Below, piece by piece: positions 35,662 to 44,943 of a DNA stretch of 64,000 nt. Source of the DNA: a virus (Duplodnaviria; Heunggongvirae; Uroviricota; Caudoviricetes); the IMG/VR virus record IMGVR_UViG_3300006226_000014, positions 24,804 through 88,803 of that record, one strand, 5' to 3'. The number at the start of each line of letters is the position of its first letter. Positions within the stretch are counted from its first letter, which is position 1. The notes beneath the pieces are model-generated. The model was not told where the DNA came from, made no database searches, and saw only the letters and a list, made by a program, of their open reading frames with translations. Position numbers and translations under genes: made by a program.

Positions 35662-36372
35662 ATGAAATCTGTTGATGAATATATCAAATTAGCAAAAGAT
35701 TCAAATAATGCTCTTGATATAATAGAAAATGCTTTAAATGATCGCAGTTTGTCGGATGATGATATATTAAAGCTTATTGGAATTTTAGAATATTTACAGG
35801 CTGGAATATCAAAAGGTCGAGAAATGTTTGGTCAAGACTATTTAGGAGAGAACATGAAAAAGTTTGAAGAAATCTATCAACAAAATAAAGAAAAAAGTTC
35901 AAAGAAACTTAAAGAATTTGAATTAGAAAGATGTGCTGGGTGTGGAAAAAGATTTATTAGTAGATCTGGATTAGATATTCTATGTAGTAAATGTGATCCT
36001 GGTAAAAAAGAAAGAGCAAAATTTGCATATAGAGATAAGTCAACTCCGTTAGCACGCGCTATAAATAAAGAACACAATAATGCAGTTGAACAAAACTATA
36101 TTGAAAAATATGGTCATCCTTATGGTAGAGTTAAAGAATCTTGGGTTAAAGATAGTGATTATAGAGATGAATCAACTGGAATATATGATTCAGAATCACA
36201 ATTTAGATATAGTATTGATAGATTTAAAGATATGACAGAAGATACTCTTAATATTATTGATGATATGCCAGAACAGGATTTAGAACCACATAAAAGTGCT
36301 GACGAGTATTTGCAATATCATTTTGATGTTGCAGTTGAAAGATGGAAAGGACATAAAAAGGATCGTGACTAA
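35662..36372 (+). CDS. Hypothetical protein with a zinc-ribbon (236 aa).
   Basis: CAGCGK ... CSKCD. Contains an internal MKKFEEIY. Confidence 0.5.
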   Translation: MKSVDEYIKLAKDSNNALDIIENALNDRSLSDDDILKLIGILEYLQAGISKGREMFGQDYLGENMKKFEEIYQQNKEKSSKKLKEFELERCAGCGKRFISRSGLDILCSKCDPGKKERAKFAYRDKSTPLARAINKEHNNAVEQNYIEKYGHPYGRVKESWVKDSDYRDESTGIYDSESQFRYSIDRFKDMTEDTLNIIDDMPEQDLEPHKSADEYLQYHFDVAVERWKGHKKDRD

Positions 36373-36788
36373 TGAAAACATTTAATGAAATATTACAAGA
36401 AGCATCAATGCCAAAAAGTATGCGGCATCCGCCTAACCCAGATGCAGTTAAAAATGATGGTGTCAAATTACCAGGCGGAATAAAGGCCTATTGTAGAAAG
36501 AATAAAGAATGCAGTAGTAGCGAGCCAACATTTGATTTGATTTTTGAAGGACCAAATGGTGCAAAACGAGTTATTAGTAATTGGGCATATTATAGAGGTG
36601 GATATGACCAAGGCTGGGGAGCATCTAATAAGCAACAATGGTATTTAGAAACTGAATCTCATTATGGCGCAGGTAACGGTAGTGGTGTTAGCAGCAAGAG
36701 AACACCATCACTTAAGTATTATCGACATATGGAAAGTCATTTGTTAGATCATTACAAAAAAGAACTAAAAGAATTATTAGGACACTAA
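36372..36788 (+). CDS. Hypothetical protein (138 aa); MKTFNEIL leader variant.
   Basis: Track ORF, ATGA junction. Confidence 0.5.
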   Translation: MKTFNEILQEASMPKSMRHPPNPDAVKNDGVKLPGGIKAYCRKNKECSSSEPTFDLIFEGPNGAKRVISNWAYYRGGYDQGWGASNKQQWYLETESHYGAGNGSGVSSKRTPSLKYYRHMESHLLDHYKKELKELLGH

Positions 36789-36789
36789 A

Positions 36790-36996
36790 ATGAATTTTAA
36801 TGATATATATCAAATGGGAAAAGGTCTTCATGTTACTGGAGAAGAAAAAGCACAAATAGGTAATTGGTATTTATTTGAAAATATTGGTTGGCAAATAATT
36901 CAAGATAGATGTAAAGAAAAATTTGGTAAAGAAATTTCCAAAGATAGATTAGAAAAAATAGTGGCCGACTATGAGGATTTGATTGAAAAGTTTTAA
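36790..36996 (+). CDS. Hypothetical protein (68 aa).
   Basis: Track ORF. Confidence 0.45.
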   Translation: MNFNDIYQMGKGLHVTGEEKAQIGNWYLFENIGWQIIQDRCKEKFGKEISKDRLEKIVADYEDLIEKF

Positions 36997-37570
36997 TGAA
37001 ATTTACAATATGAATGAAATAGAAGAATTCCATTTGCAACGAATGGATAAACATATATCTAAAGTTAAAAAATACTTATTAGAATTTACAAACTCAGACT
37101 TATCTAAAGAATTGAACTTTTCTAAAAGAGATGCTATTGAATTAGGTAATAAGCACGACCAAGATAAAATAGAAGGAGATCTATTTGAACAATATAAATA
37201 TATATCTTGGCTTTACAAATGTAAATTAGCCGAGGTACCTTGTGATATTCCATACACTGAAGATATGGACAAAGCAACTACTGCTCATATCCGAAACAAT
37301 AAACACCACCCAGAATATTGGGATCCAAACTTTACCCCACAAGTAGTAACTGACTTTAATCAACGAGACAGTACTAAACTAAAATCTCGTGACGGAAGAA
37401 AGATGCCAGTAGCACATATTATCGAAATGTGCTGTGATTGGAAAGCAACAAGTGAAGAACGCGGCAATAAAGCAGTTGATTGGGCATATAAGTGCTTAAG
37501 AGATAAACGATATATCTTTACAGATAATCAATGGGACTTAATTTATCGTATTTTAGGAATTATTGACTAG
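36983..37570 (+). CDS. Hypothetical protein (195 aa), MKSFNEIY leader; possibly an HD-like hydrolase (weak).
   Basis: His/Asp pairs (NKHDQD, NNKHHPEY). Confidence 0.45.
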   Translation: MKSFNEIYNMNEIEEFHLQRMDKHISKVKKYLLEFTNSDLSKELNFSKRDAIELGNKHDQDKIEGDLFEQYKYISWLYKCKLAEVPCDIPYTEDMDKATTAHIRNNKHHPEYWDPNFTPQVVTDFNQRDSTKLKSRDGRKMPVAHIIEMCCDWKATSEERGNKAVDWAYKCLRDKRYIFTDNQWDLIYRILGIID

Positions 37571-37887
37571 TCTTCAAAACCAATTTGCTTGGTAGTCAGA
37601 TAGCCGGCTAAATCTTCTGGAACAACTTTATAGATAACATCACCTGGTTTGAGATCCATTACATACTTAACACCATTTATGTTGAGCAAAACATCATCCA
37701 TATCATTCATATTGTATTGTTCCCACATTAGAGTCCAAAATCGCGTTAGATCTCTAGCTGTAATCTTATATTCAGTTGGCAATTTAGATAGTATGCCTGT
37801 GTTGTAGTTGATAAGTGGGTCTGGAAAAGTTTGACCATCTGTATCTAATACTGCTGAATCGTGCATCCAGTCATATCTGCTCTTCAT
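37567..37887 (-). CDS. Hypothetical protein (106 aa).
   Basis: Track ORF; ATG preceded by ACTAATTACT. Confidence 0.5.
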   Translation of the reverse strand: MKSRYDWMHDSAVLDTDGQTFPDPLINYNTGILSKLPTEYKITARDLTRFWTLMWEQYNMNDMDDVLLNINGVKYVMDLKPGDVIYKVVPEDLAGYLTTKQIGFED

Positions 37888-37909
37888 AGTAATTAGTTAA
37901 TATATAAAT

Positions 37910-38164
37910 ATGACAGAAGATATGAAACAACAACTAAAGGACCAATTTCCAGAAAACTTCATAATAGAAATAGCCACCGAATATGCGGAAGAAGGCTCTT
38001 GTAAGATTAGAGGCCTTCTAGGACAATATGCTATCGTTATAGAATGGTATTACAATGAAGAGCCAACTACTGTATTTTTAGCAGCAACAAGCATTTCCGG
38101 ACAATCTAAAACTGGTCCATGTGAAATATCTAATCTTAAAAATGCACTATTATCCCTTAGTTAA
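37910..38164 (+). CDS. Hypothetical protein (84 aa).
   Basis: Track ORF. Confidence 0.45.
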   Translation: MTEDMKQQLKDQFPENFIIEIATEYAEEGSCKIRGLLGQYAIVIEWYYNEEPTTVFLAATSISGQSKTGPCEISNLKNALLSLS

Positions 38165-38186
38165 TATATCAATAGGAGTTAAATAA

Positions 38187-39371
38187 ATGACAGAATTCAA
38201 AATTAAGAAAGACCAAATAGTAAGGCTCAAGGCACTTAATGATTACATAAAGAAAATGGAGTCTTTCTCACCACTTGCTGAAAAGCAGTTGTTCATTCTG
38301 AAGAATGATAAACTTTCTATTTATGGAACAGCTAATACTGCAGGCTCAGGCCATATAGAAGCAACTTTTGATGTTGACAGCAAAAATGAGGCATCGTTTG
38401 GATTAGAGTTAAGTAAGTTCATTACTTATTTAGAAAAGACCAAAGCTGATGAGATCAATGTATCTATCGTAAAAGATAAGATGACAGTAAAAGCTAAGAC
38501 ATCTAAAATAGAGATCAATCAAGCACTTATCTTCACAACACCAGAACAAACAGTATTAGATGAAATACAGAATAATATTAAGACAAAATTAGCATTGAAA
38601 GAATTCAAAACTCCTATTGAAGTTAAGTTAGACCATAAAGATATCATTAATGATTTAGGAATGATGACAAAGCTTCAGAATACTAATCAAGAAATTTTGG
38701 TTAGCAAAAACTATATTAAGTCAGCAGATAATCTTTGTATTGTATCAATGCAAATTAATGAGCCAGAAGAAGATGAAGTTGAACAAGAGATTCTTATAGA
38801 TAAAGATATTATTCCTATCTTTAAGAATATAGATTCTTTCAAAGTATCTTCTGATAAAAAGTATTTCTATTTTGATATAACTCAATTCGGAATTCAGATT
38901 ATATTTGTTCCGAAAAAATATAATTGGGATTATCCAACAGAAAAAGATTTAATAGACATTAGTCCAATTGCAACAAAACAAATTACTTTAGAAGTAAATA
39001 CTTTGAATTTCTTTGAAACATTAAAAGAATATAGCGGCGTATTTGATAGTTCATCTTGGAAATATGAACAAATCTTTTTTAGAACTCCAAAAGGATTCAA
39101 AACAAAGAAAGAATTTGAATTACATTTTGATAATATGGATGTTGAAATTCGAAATACTTTACCAGTTGAAATTAAAGAAGATACTGATACAAAAGAAGAT
39201 TTTGAGTTCTTATTACCAACACAGCATCTGAAGTTATTAGAAAACTTGTTAATGAGACAACCAACATTCTTAATGAAATATTCGTCAACTGATATACATG
39301 ATCCAAATGGGATAGCAGTTATATTAGAAAATAATGAAGTTAGTATTATACTAGCAAAAATGGTGCCATAA
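38187..39371 (+). CDS. Candidate DNA polymerase sliding clamp (DnaN-like, three domains).
   Basis: 394 aa. N-terminus MTEFKIKKDQIVRLKALN resembles the DnaN start; the beta-rich periodicity repeats three times. The assignment is tentative. Confidence 0.4.
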   Translation: MTEFKIKKDQIVRLKALNDYIKKMESFSPLAEKQLFILKNDKLSIYGTANTAGSGHIEATFDVDSKNEASFGLELSKFITYLEKTKADEINVSIVKDKMTVKAKTSKIEINQALIFTTPEQTVLDEIQNNIKTKLALKEFKTPIEVKLDHKDIINDLGMMTKLQNTNQEILVSKNYIKSADNLCIVSMQINEPEEDEVEQEILIDKDIIPIFKNIDSFKVSSDKKYFYFDITQFGIQIIFVPKKYNWDYPTEKDLIDISPIATKQITLEVNTLNFFETLKEYSGVFDSSSWKYEQIFFRTPKGFKTKKEFELHFDNMDVEIRNTLPVEIKEDTDTKEDFEFLLPTQHLKLLENLLMRQPTFLMKYSSTDIHDPNGIAVILENNEVSIILAKMVP

Positions 39372-39529
39372 TGAAAATAGTAAAAGAATTTGAAATTGAG
39401 ATAGAAGGCGATAAGGGTATTGCAGTAATTATCTATAGAAAGAATTTCTATAAGCAAATTACTGTCAATGAATTATTAAAAATGCTACAGGATGGTATGT
39501 ATGAAGAAGAGAACTGGATTCGTCAGCAA
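39371..39529 (+). CDS. Hypothetical small protein (52 aa).
   Basis: TAATG overlap with the upstream stop; below the track cutoff. Confidence 0.3.
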
Positions 39530-39875
39530 TAGTAGTACAAGTAGTTTTATTATTATTGGACTACGAATAGATGATGAACTTAAGAAAAAGTTTGAAGCTT
39601 ATGCAATTAATAATGAATTAAGAGAGTGCTTTTATCAAAATGAATTTAATGTTGTAGATTTCGCAGAACAATTTGATTTAGATTGTGAATCAGATAATGA
39701 AGGCGATACTTACAATATTGGTGTAGACATAAATACAAGTGGAGAAGAATGGCTAGAGTATTCTGCTAATTCTTGGAAAGAACTTATTGAAAATGAAAAG
39801 ATTAAGAAGTTATTAGAACTCTCTGATAAAACAGCAGATGATCTACTAATTATTACTGGAACAGAAGCTTGTTAG
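39501..39875 (+). CDS. GFVSNSSSSSF-leader family member 6 (124 aa).
   Basis: MKKRTGFVSNSSTSSFIII. The ATG at 39501 is chosen over the track start at 39492 to match the other family members. Confidence 0.65.
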   Translation: MKKRTGFVSNSSTSSFIIIGLRIDDELKKKFEAYAINNELRECFYQNEFNVVDFAEQFDLDCESDNEGDTYNIGVDINTSGEEWLEYSANSWKELIENEKIKKLLELSDKTADDLLIITGTEAC

Positions 39876-40055
39876 CCTTTTGACAACTAAAGGCTTTAAC
39901 CTAAAAGGTTGTAGATTTTGACTCTCTATAGTCCGTCAAAAAGCGTAGAGAGTAAAGACCGAGGTGCACGGTCGCTAAATATACAGCATCGGTCTCTATG
40001 AGAAAGGAGACGGGGATTGTACAATGAGAAAAACAGTCCCCAATTTTTTTTTATT
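39874..40055 (+). other. Structured non-coding region of 180 nt; candidate small RNA or terminator array.
   Basis: Five tandem hairpins: AGCCTTT/AAAGGCT 39874-39895; CTCTCTA/TAGAGAG 39923-39953; GACCG/CGGTC 39957-39973; GTCTC/GAGAC about 39992-40011; GGGGA/TCCCC 40012-40041. A T9 run follows at 40044-40052. Confidence 0.35.
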
Positions 40056-40259
40056 ATGATACAAAAATCTATCTCTTTAGAAGTTTTCAAATGTCTCGAA
40101 TGTAATGCTGTTATAGTATGTAATCCTTCAGCTCATGGACGGCCCGCTGTATGTGATAAGTGCGGTGTACCAGCAAATGTGGAATTAACTCAAGAACAGC
40201 GAACTCAAATGGAAAGAATGCAACAGCAAGGTCCAAGAGTTCATACTATTAGGTTTTAA
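40056..40259 (+). CDS. Small zinc-ribbon protein (67 aa).
   Basis: ATG 40056 after the T-run. CLEC ... CDKC. The track start at 40017 is TTG. Confidence 0.45.
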   Translation: MIQKSISLEVFKCLECNAVIVCNPSAHGRPAVCDKCGVPANVELTQEQRTQMERMQQQGPRVHTIRF

Positions 40260-40261
40260 GA

Positions 40262-40966
40262 ATGTGGAAATATCAGAAGTATTTAGACAAAGAATTTATA
40301 GATAAGTTCACTCAAGATTTAACAGATGACTTATATAACAAGAAAGATATCAAATCAATACAAAGCAAATATAGTCAACGACTCAAACGAAAAATAGATG
40401 TTTTATTCTCTTTAGAACTCATAACTAAAAATCCAAAAGTTAAGCTCTCCGGTAAAAAGGAGTACTTCAATAAAGTCTTAAAGATTGCTAGACGAAAATA
40501 TATTGGTGATGCTTGTTATGATTGGGATAAGAAAATCTGCATTCAAATAACATATTTTGGCTATTTAGCAATGAAACACAAAGTTGACAAAGAGATGTTC
40601 AGAGCTATGCTGCATGATACTTTTGTTCACGAACTAACACATGCTTTTCAACATAAGTCACGAAAAGTAAGTTTGCGCTTATCTGGTGACTTAGGAGATT
40701 TTGATGAACGAACTGATCCTAAAGTTGATAAGAAATGGAAAGCATATCTTTCGGACCAGGCTGAATTAGAAGCCTGGGCAGCAGGAATGGCTGCATTTTT
40801 AGAAAAACGATATAAGAACAAAGGGATAGCATATCGAGCTATTTCGTCTGGTAAAGTAGCAAAATTTCCAGTCAGATGGAATTTCATTTTGAACAAATAT
40901 GCTAATATGAATAAGAAAGTATTTAATGAATTCTTATATCATGTGTATACTTATCTTTACAGTTAA
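40262..40966 (+). CDS. Putative zinc metallopeptidase (HExxH).
   Basis: FVHELTHAFQH; 234 aa. Confidence 0.4.
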   Translation: MWKYQKYLDKEFIDKFTQDLTDDLYNKKDIKSIQSKYSQRLKRKIDVLFSLELITKNPKVKLSGKKEYFNKVLKIARRKYIGDACYDWDKKICIQITYFGYLAMKHKVDKEMFRAMLHDTFVHELTHAFQHKSRKVSLRLSGDLGDFDERTDPKVDKKWKAYLSDQAELEAWAAGMAAFLEKRYKNKGIAYRAISSGKVAKFPVRWNFILNKYANMNKKVFNEFLYHVYTYLYS

Positions 40967-40975
40967 TATATCATA

Positions 40976-41611
40976 ATGAAAATAATAGAAGCCTCAACAG
41001 AAATCATCTATCCTTCAAAGCTTTCAGAATGGTTAAAAGAAGTCAAATTGATAGAATTAGCTGCACGGAATTGTTACAAATCAGAAGACAAAATAACTGA
41101 TAACAGTTGGAAGAAAATGGTCAAAAAGCTTATAGAACTTAATCACGGAGCAATGCTAGAATTCGGTAACTTTATATGTCGTATCATTACAGACCGTGGT
41201 GTAACCCATGAATTAGTAAGACATCGATTAGCATCTTATGCACAAGAATCTACACGTTATTGTAATTACAGTCAAGATAAATTTAACAATGAACTCACAT
41301 TTGTTAAGCCATCTCAAGTATTGGCCTATGAAGGTAGTGCCGCTGAAAATGGTTGGCTAAGATCAATGGAACATGCCGAAAATTCTTACTTACATCTTAT
41401 TCAGAATAACTGTTCTCCTCAACAGGCTAGATCAGTATTACCAAATAGTCTTAAGACTGAAATCATAATGAAATGTAATTGGAGAGAACTTATGTACATT
41501 ATCAAATTACGAACATCACCAGCAGCTCATCCTGATATTGTGAAAGTCTTCAAAGACATTCAAGCTAAAGTTCAAAAAGCTATGCCAGAAGTATTCGCAG
41601 TAGAATGTTAA
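40976..41611 (+). CDS. thyX: Flavin-dependent thymidylate synthase ThyX.
   Basis: ThyX motif LVRHRLASYAQESTRY (RHR-x7-STRY). Confidence 0.7.
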   Translation: MKIIEASTEIIYPSKLSEWLKEVKLIELAARNCYKSEDKITDNSWKKMVKKLIELNHGAMLEFGNFICRIITDRGVTHELVRHRLASYAQESTRYCNYSQDKFNNELTFVKPSQVLAYEGSAAENGWLRSMEHAENSYLHLIQNNCSPQQARSVLPNSLKTEIIMKCNWRELMYIIKLRTSPAAHPDIVKVFKDIQAKVQKAMPEVFAVEC

Positions 41612-41821
41612 TATAATAATAACTTACTACCCTGACGTATTATTTCCGGAGGGAGATAATCTGCAGCGAAAGGAGTTTTTTGAACAAAACGGATGAAGAA
41701 AACAGTCCGGGGATCAGGCGGGATGCGGAATACAGGCCCGCTTGCCCATTTTTAACTAAATAATATAAGCAGTATCGCGAAAGGTTATTGCTTCATATAC
41801 TTAAAACGCTAGGAGGGTTTT
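41612..41821 (+). promoter_or_regulatory. GC-rich structured leader upstream of hsp20; candidate RNA regulatory element.
   Basis: About 50% GC against a 35% background. GCGGG/CCCGC and CCGGA/TCCGG stems. SD CTAGGAGGG at the 3-prime end. Confidence 0.3.
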
Positions 41822-42691
41822 ATGAACACAAAAGAGAAATTCACAAATTTTGTCAATTCTGTCTCATCTATTTCACCAGATGATTCTATGCATCAAAGAG
41901 TGCTATCTAATGGAGATATTGAACTCGATATGCCAGATGGAATGGGCGGAAGAGCAAAGGCCGTTTTTAGTACATCACCTACTATAGGGAGAGAAGTTAC
42001 TTATTGGGGTGGATATAACGACGGCAATTTTAATGGAGAGAGCCAACATTATTGGAATGGAGATACTAGTATTCAGACATTTCCTAATACTGTGACTAGT
42101 CCAGATTATGCACCAGGTGGATATGGAAGTGGTGGTAATGGTAATTCTGAACATTGGGTGTTGCCCAACAAACAGTCAGGCTGGAGTAGAACTCATGACC
42201 ATACAATTGTGGGTAGTCCTGATTATGACCGTATTAACATTAAGAAAAAGATTGAAGAATTAGAAAAGTCTATCGAAAAAGTTGTACCTAACAAAATAGA
42301 TAAAGACTTAATAGACACAAAGATTCCTTACAATGTCAAAAAAGACTTAGATGCTAATTTGATCTATATGTTTGCTATTGCTGGTTACAAAGAGAACCAA
42401 ATAGAATTAGTAATGAAGAAAGATGGTCTTCTTCTCAAACTTAAATCAGCACCAGACGACAATGACTTAATAGGCGAAGGCTTTGAGTACTTATGTCATG
42501 GCATAAAAGATAGCGAACAAGAAGTTGGCATCTATTTAGACGTTGACGAATACGAAACAGCCAACTCAGAAGTAGAATTAGACAATGGCATCTTACAGAT
42601 CTTCATACCCAGACGTAAAGAACTGAAGAACAGAATCAAAGTCAAAGCTAAGCCGACTGTAAAAAAGAAGATTGACTTCGAGTTAATCTAA
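41822..42691 (+). CDS. Small heat-shock protein (Hsp20/alpha-crystallin domain) with an N-terminal extension.
   Basis: C-terminal alpha-crystallin domain: DANLIYMFAIAGYKENQIELVMKKDGLLLKL ... LDNGILQIFIPRRKE. Confidence 0.6.
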   Translation: MNTKEKFTNFVNSVSSISPDDSMHQRVLSNGDIELDMPDGMGGRAKAVFSTSPTIGREVTYWGGYNDGNFNGESQHYWNGDTSIQTFPNTVTSPDYAPGGYGSGGNGNSEHWVLPNKQSGWSRTHDHTIVGSPDYDRINIKKKIEELEKSIEKVVPNKIDKDLIDTKIPYNVKKDLDANLIYMFAIAGYKENQIELVMKKDGLLLKLKSAPDDNDLIGEGFEYLCHGIKDSEQEVGIYLDVDEYETANSEVELDNGILQIFIPRRKELKNRIKVKAKPTVKKKIDFELI

Positions 42692-42695
42692 TCAT

Positions 42696-44783
42696 ATGGG
42701 ATTTCAATTTGGAAGCGTCCGACAGCAAGAAAAACCTCGGCAAAACTTACAGAAATTTGACAGTTTACTAAAAGAGCATTGGCAACCAGGTAGCAAGTAC
42801 TATCTGTTTGTAGTTGATAATGTCATTAGTAAGACACATTTAGACATATTAGCAAAAGATATCGAAAAGCATTACATAACGTCATACAACATCGTATCGG
42901 CTATTTCAGTAAAAGATCCAACTAATGATTCTACTGATTCGCTACTATCGTATGAAAGTAACTGGCGGCAATATTTAACATTCAATGATACACCAGCACA
43001 CTGCATAATAGCATTTGGCTCCGTTATCCGTATTCTTAACAGATCCGGTGATGTTACTTACTATGACTTCTTCGATGATAAGTTCAATGATCCGCGATAC
43101 TATTGTGGCAGCGAATTTGTTGATGGTCCAAACAAGTGGATCTATCCAGTAGCACCGGTCAAAGAACTATATCCAGTTCATATCAATAATGATCCAACTA
43201 ATATGCTCACTAGATTCTTTAGAGAGAAACTAGAACGCATACAGCGTGATGATATGTCTACTGACTCATTAGATGTTAGACCATATCAAATCCACTATAT
43301 CGACACAAAAGAGGAAACATCAAAAAGCTTACAGTTACTAATGAATGCTGAACTTTTGGCACTTGATACAGAAACAGATGGCTTAGACTTTCTTGTCAAT
43401 AAGTTAGGCACTGTGCAACTATCAGTTGATGGTGAGAATAGTTATGTGTTTGATTGGGAGAATGTAGATAAGCGCATCTTTAAGAAAGTACTAACAACAG
43501 CAACTCGTATCACATTAGCAAATGCTAAGTTCGATGTTAAGTTCATTTGGAAGAATGGAGTAACTGGATGGTACCCAACAGATGATACGGTGCTCTTGTC
43601 TCATGCGATCAACTCTAATCGTTCTAAGGGTTTGAAGCCAGGTGCAATTTTCTATTGCGGTAAGTTCACAGGATATGATGATGAATTAGACAAAGCGAGA
43701 AAGCAACTCAAGGTTGACAACTTCTTACAAATACCAAAACAGATATTGATCAAATATGCTGGATTAGATGCAATAGTAACTTGGCGAGTTCAAAAAGCTC
43801 TCGATAAGCATGTGGCTTGGGTTGATAAGATGTACCCAAATGAAAAGCTTAAAGAATGGACAATAGAAAGATGGTACCGTGAAGTGATGATCCCAAATGC
43901 TAATACTGTAACGGATGTAGAATTTGAAGGCATTTACTTCGATAAGGATCAATTCGCCATTTCGGAAAAGATCATAGTAGAAAAGATTGCCTCATTGAAA
44001 GATGAACTTAGCAAACTTTGGAATGTGCCAACTACATTTAAGTTCGAGTCAACTAAAGAGCTCGGCTTATTGTTCAAGAGAATGGGTTGGCCGGAAATAG
44101 ACACTGCAAAAGATGGTGGTTACAAAACATCTGATACAGTACTTACTGAATATGAACTATTAGAAAAGGATGCCAAACTGAAAGCTAAGGGCATCAACAT
44201 ATGCGGCATTAAGACATTGAAAGATCTTCGTTCATACAATGTAGCGTTGAAGACATTCATCAATGGATGGAGAGAATGGCTCAGACGGCATCCGGATGGT
44301 TCATGGCGGATTCATCCATCATGCAATACGTTTGGTACTGAATCATATCGTCACGCAATGAGAGATCCAAACTTCCAACAAATACCGAGTGGAAGCACAA
44401 TAGCGCCCCACATTAAGAAACTGTTCACAGTACCAGATAAGAATGATTGGCTATTAGTGAACGCCGACTTTAGATCTTTGCAGTTGATATTAGCATTTTG
44501 TGATTGTGGTATCAATAAGAATGGTGTTGATCCGATTGCTTATAAGATCTATGGACAAGGTGGAACACAAGATGCTCACTCAATGACGACACATAGTGTC
44601 TTTTGTGAACCAGTTCATTTAGAAATCATAGAGATAGAAGATGATGATGGTAATAAGATCATTTTTGGTGAAGAACAGAAGATTAAGATTCTACGAAAAG
44701 GACTTATTGATGATAATGAAGAACTTGTCATTAAGGGTGCTGAGTTCCAAGCAGATGATGTCTTTGTGGAGTACGTATTATGA
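42696..44783 (+). CDS. Family A DNA polymerase, N-terminal part (3-prime to 5-prime exonuclease domain and polymerase through motif A).
   Basis: Exo I LALDTETDGLD. Motif A LLVNADFRSLQLIL. O-helix-preceding DAHSMTTHSVF. Then about 65 aa without homology before the stop. Confidence 0.8.
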   Translation: MGFQFGSVRQQEKPRQNLQKFDSLLKEHWQPGSKYYLFVVDNVISKTHLDILAKDIEKHYITSYNIVSAISVKDPTNDSTDSLLSYESNWRQYLTFNDTPAHCIIAFGSVIRILNRSGDVTYYDFFDDKFNDPRYYCGSEFVDGPNKWIYPVAPVKELYPVHINNDPTNMLTRFFREKLERIQRDDMSTDSLDVRPYQIHYIDTKEETSKSLQLLMNAELLALDTETDGLDFLVNKLGTVQLSVDGENSYVFDWENVDKRIFKKVLTTATRITLANAKFDVKFIWKNGVTGWYPTDDTVLLSHAINSNRSKGLKPGAIFYCGKFTGYDDELDKARKQLKVDNFLQIPKQILIKYAGLDAIVTWRVQKALDKHVAWVDKMYPNEKLKEWTIERWYREVMIPNANTVTDVEFEGIYFDKDQFAISEKIIVEKIASLKDELSKLWNVPTTFKFESTKELGLLFKRMGWPEIDTAKDGGYKTSDTVLTEYELLEKDAKLKAKGINICGIKTLKDLRSYNVALKTFINGWREWLRRHPDGSWRIHPSCNTFGTESYRHAMRDPNFQQIPSGSTIAPHIKKLFTVPDKNDWLLVNADFRSLQLILAFCDCGINKNGVDPIAYKIYGQGGTQDAHSMTTHSVFCEPVHLEIIEIEDDDGNKIIFGEEQKIKILRKGLIDDNEELVIKGAEFQADDVFVEYVL

Positions 44784-44941
44784 GTATCTTCAAAATAGTA
44801 AATGGTGAAAAGAAACCAATAGTTGGTCTGAAATTAGTCAATGCCCAAGAAGAAGATAGAAAAATGATAGAAAAGCTTAAAGAAGAACTTGAAAGAAAAG
44901 ACAGACTTATTAAGTACTTACAGGAGTTAGTTAATCTATAA
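44780..44941 (+). CDS. Small coiled-coil ORF (53 aa) lying between the two DNA polymerase parts.
   Basis: ATGA overlap with the polymerase-N stop. Open to TAA 44939-44941. ATG of polymerase-C at 44944. Confidence 0.35.
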   Translation: MSIFKIVNGEKKPIVGLKLVNAQEEDRKMIEKLKEELERKDRLIKYLQELVNL

Positions 44942-44943
44942 TT

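Noticed and set aside
41677-41700. A sixth copy of the conserved promoter (TTTTTTGAAC at 41677).
   Set aside because: There is no TATATAATATA -10 or GTAAGGGAGA leader at the right spacing. It is treated as part of the structured hsp20 leader.
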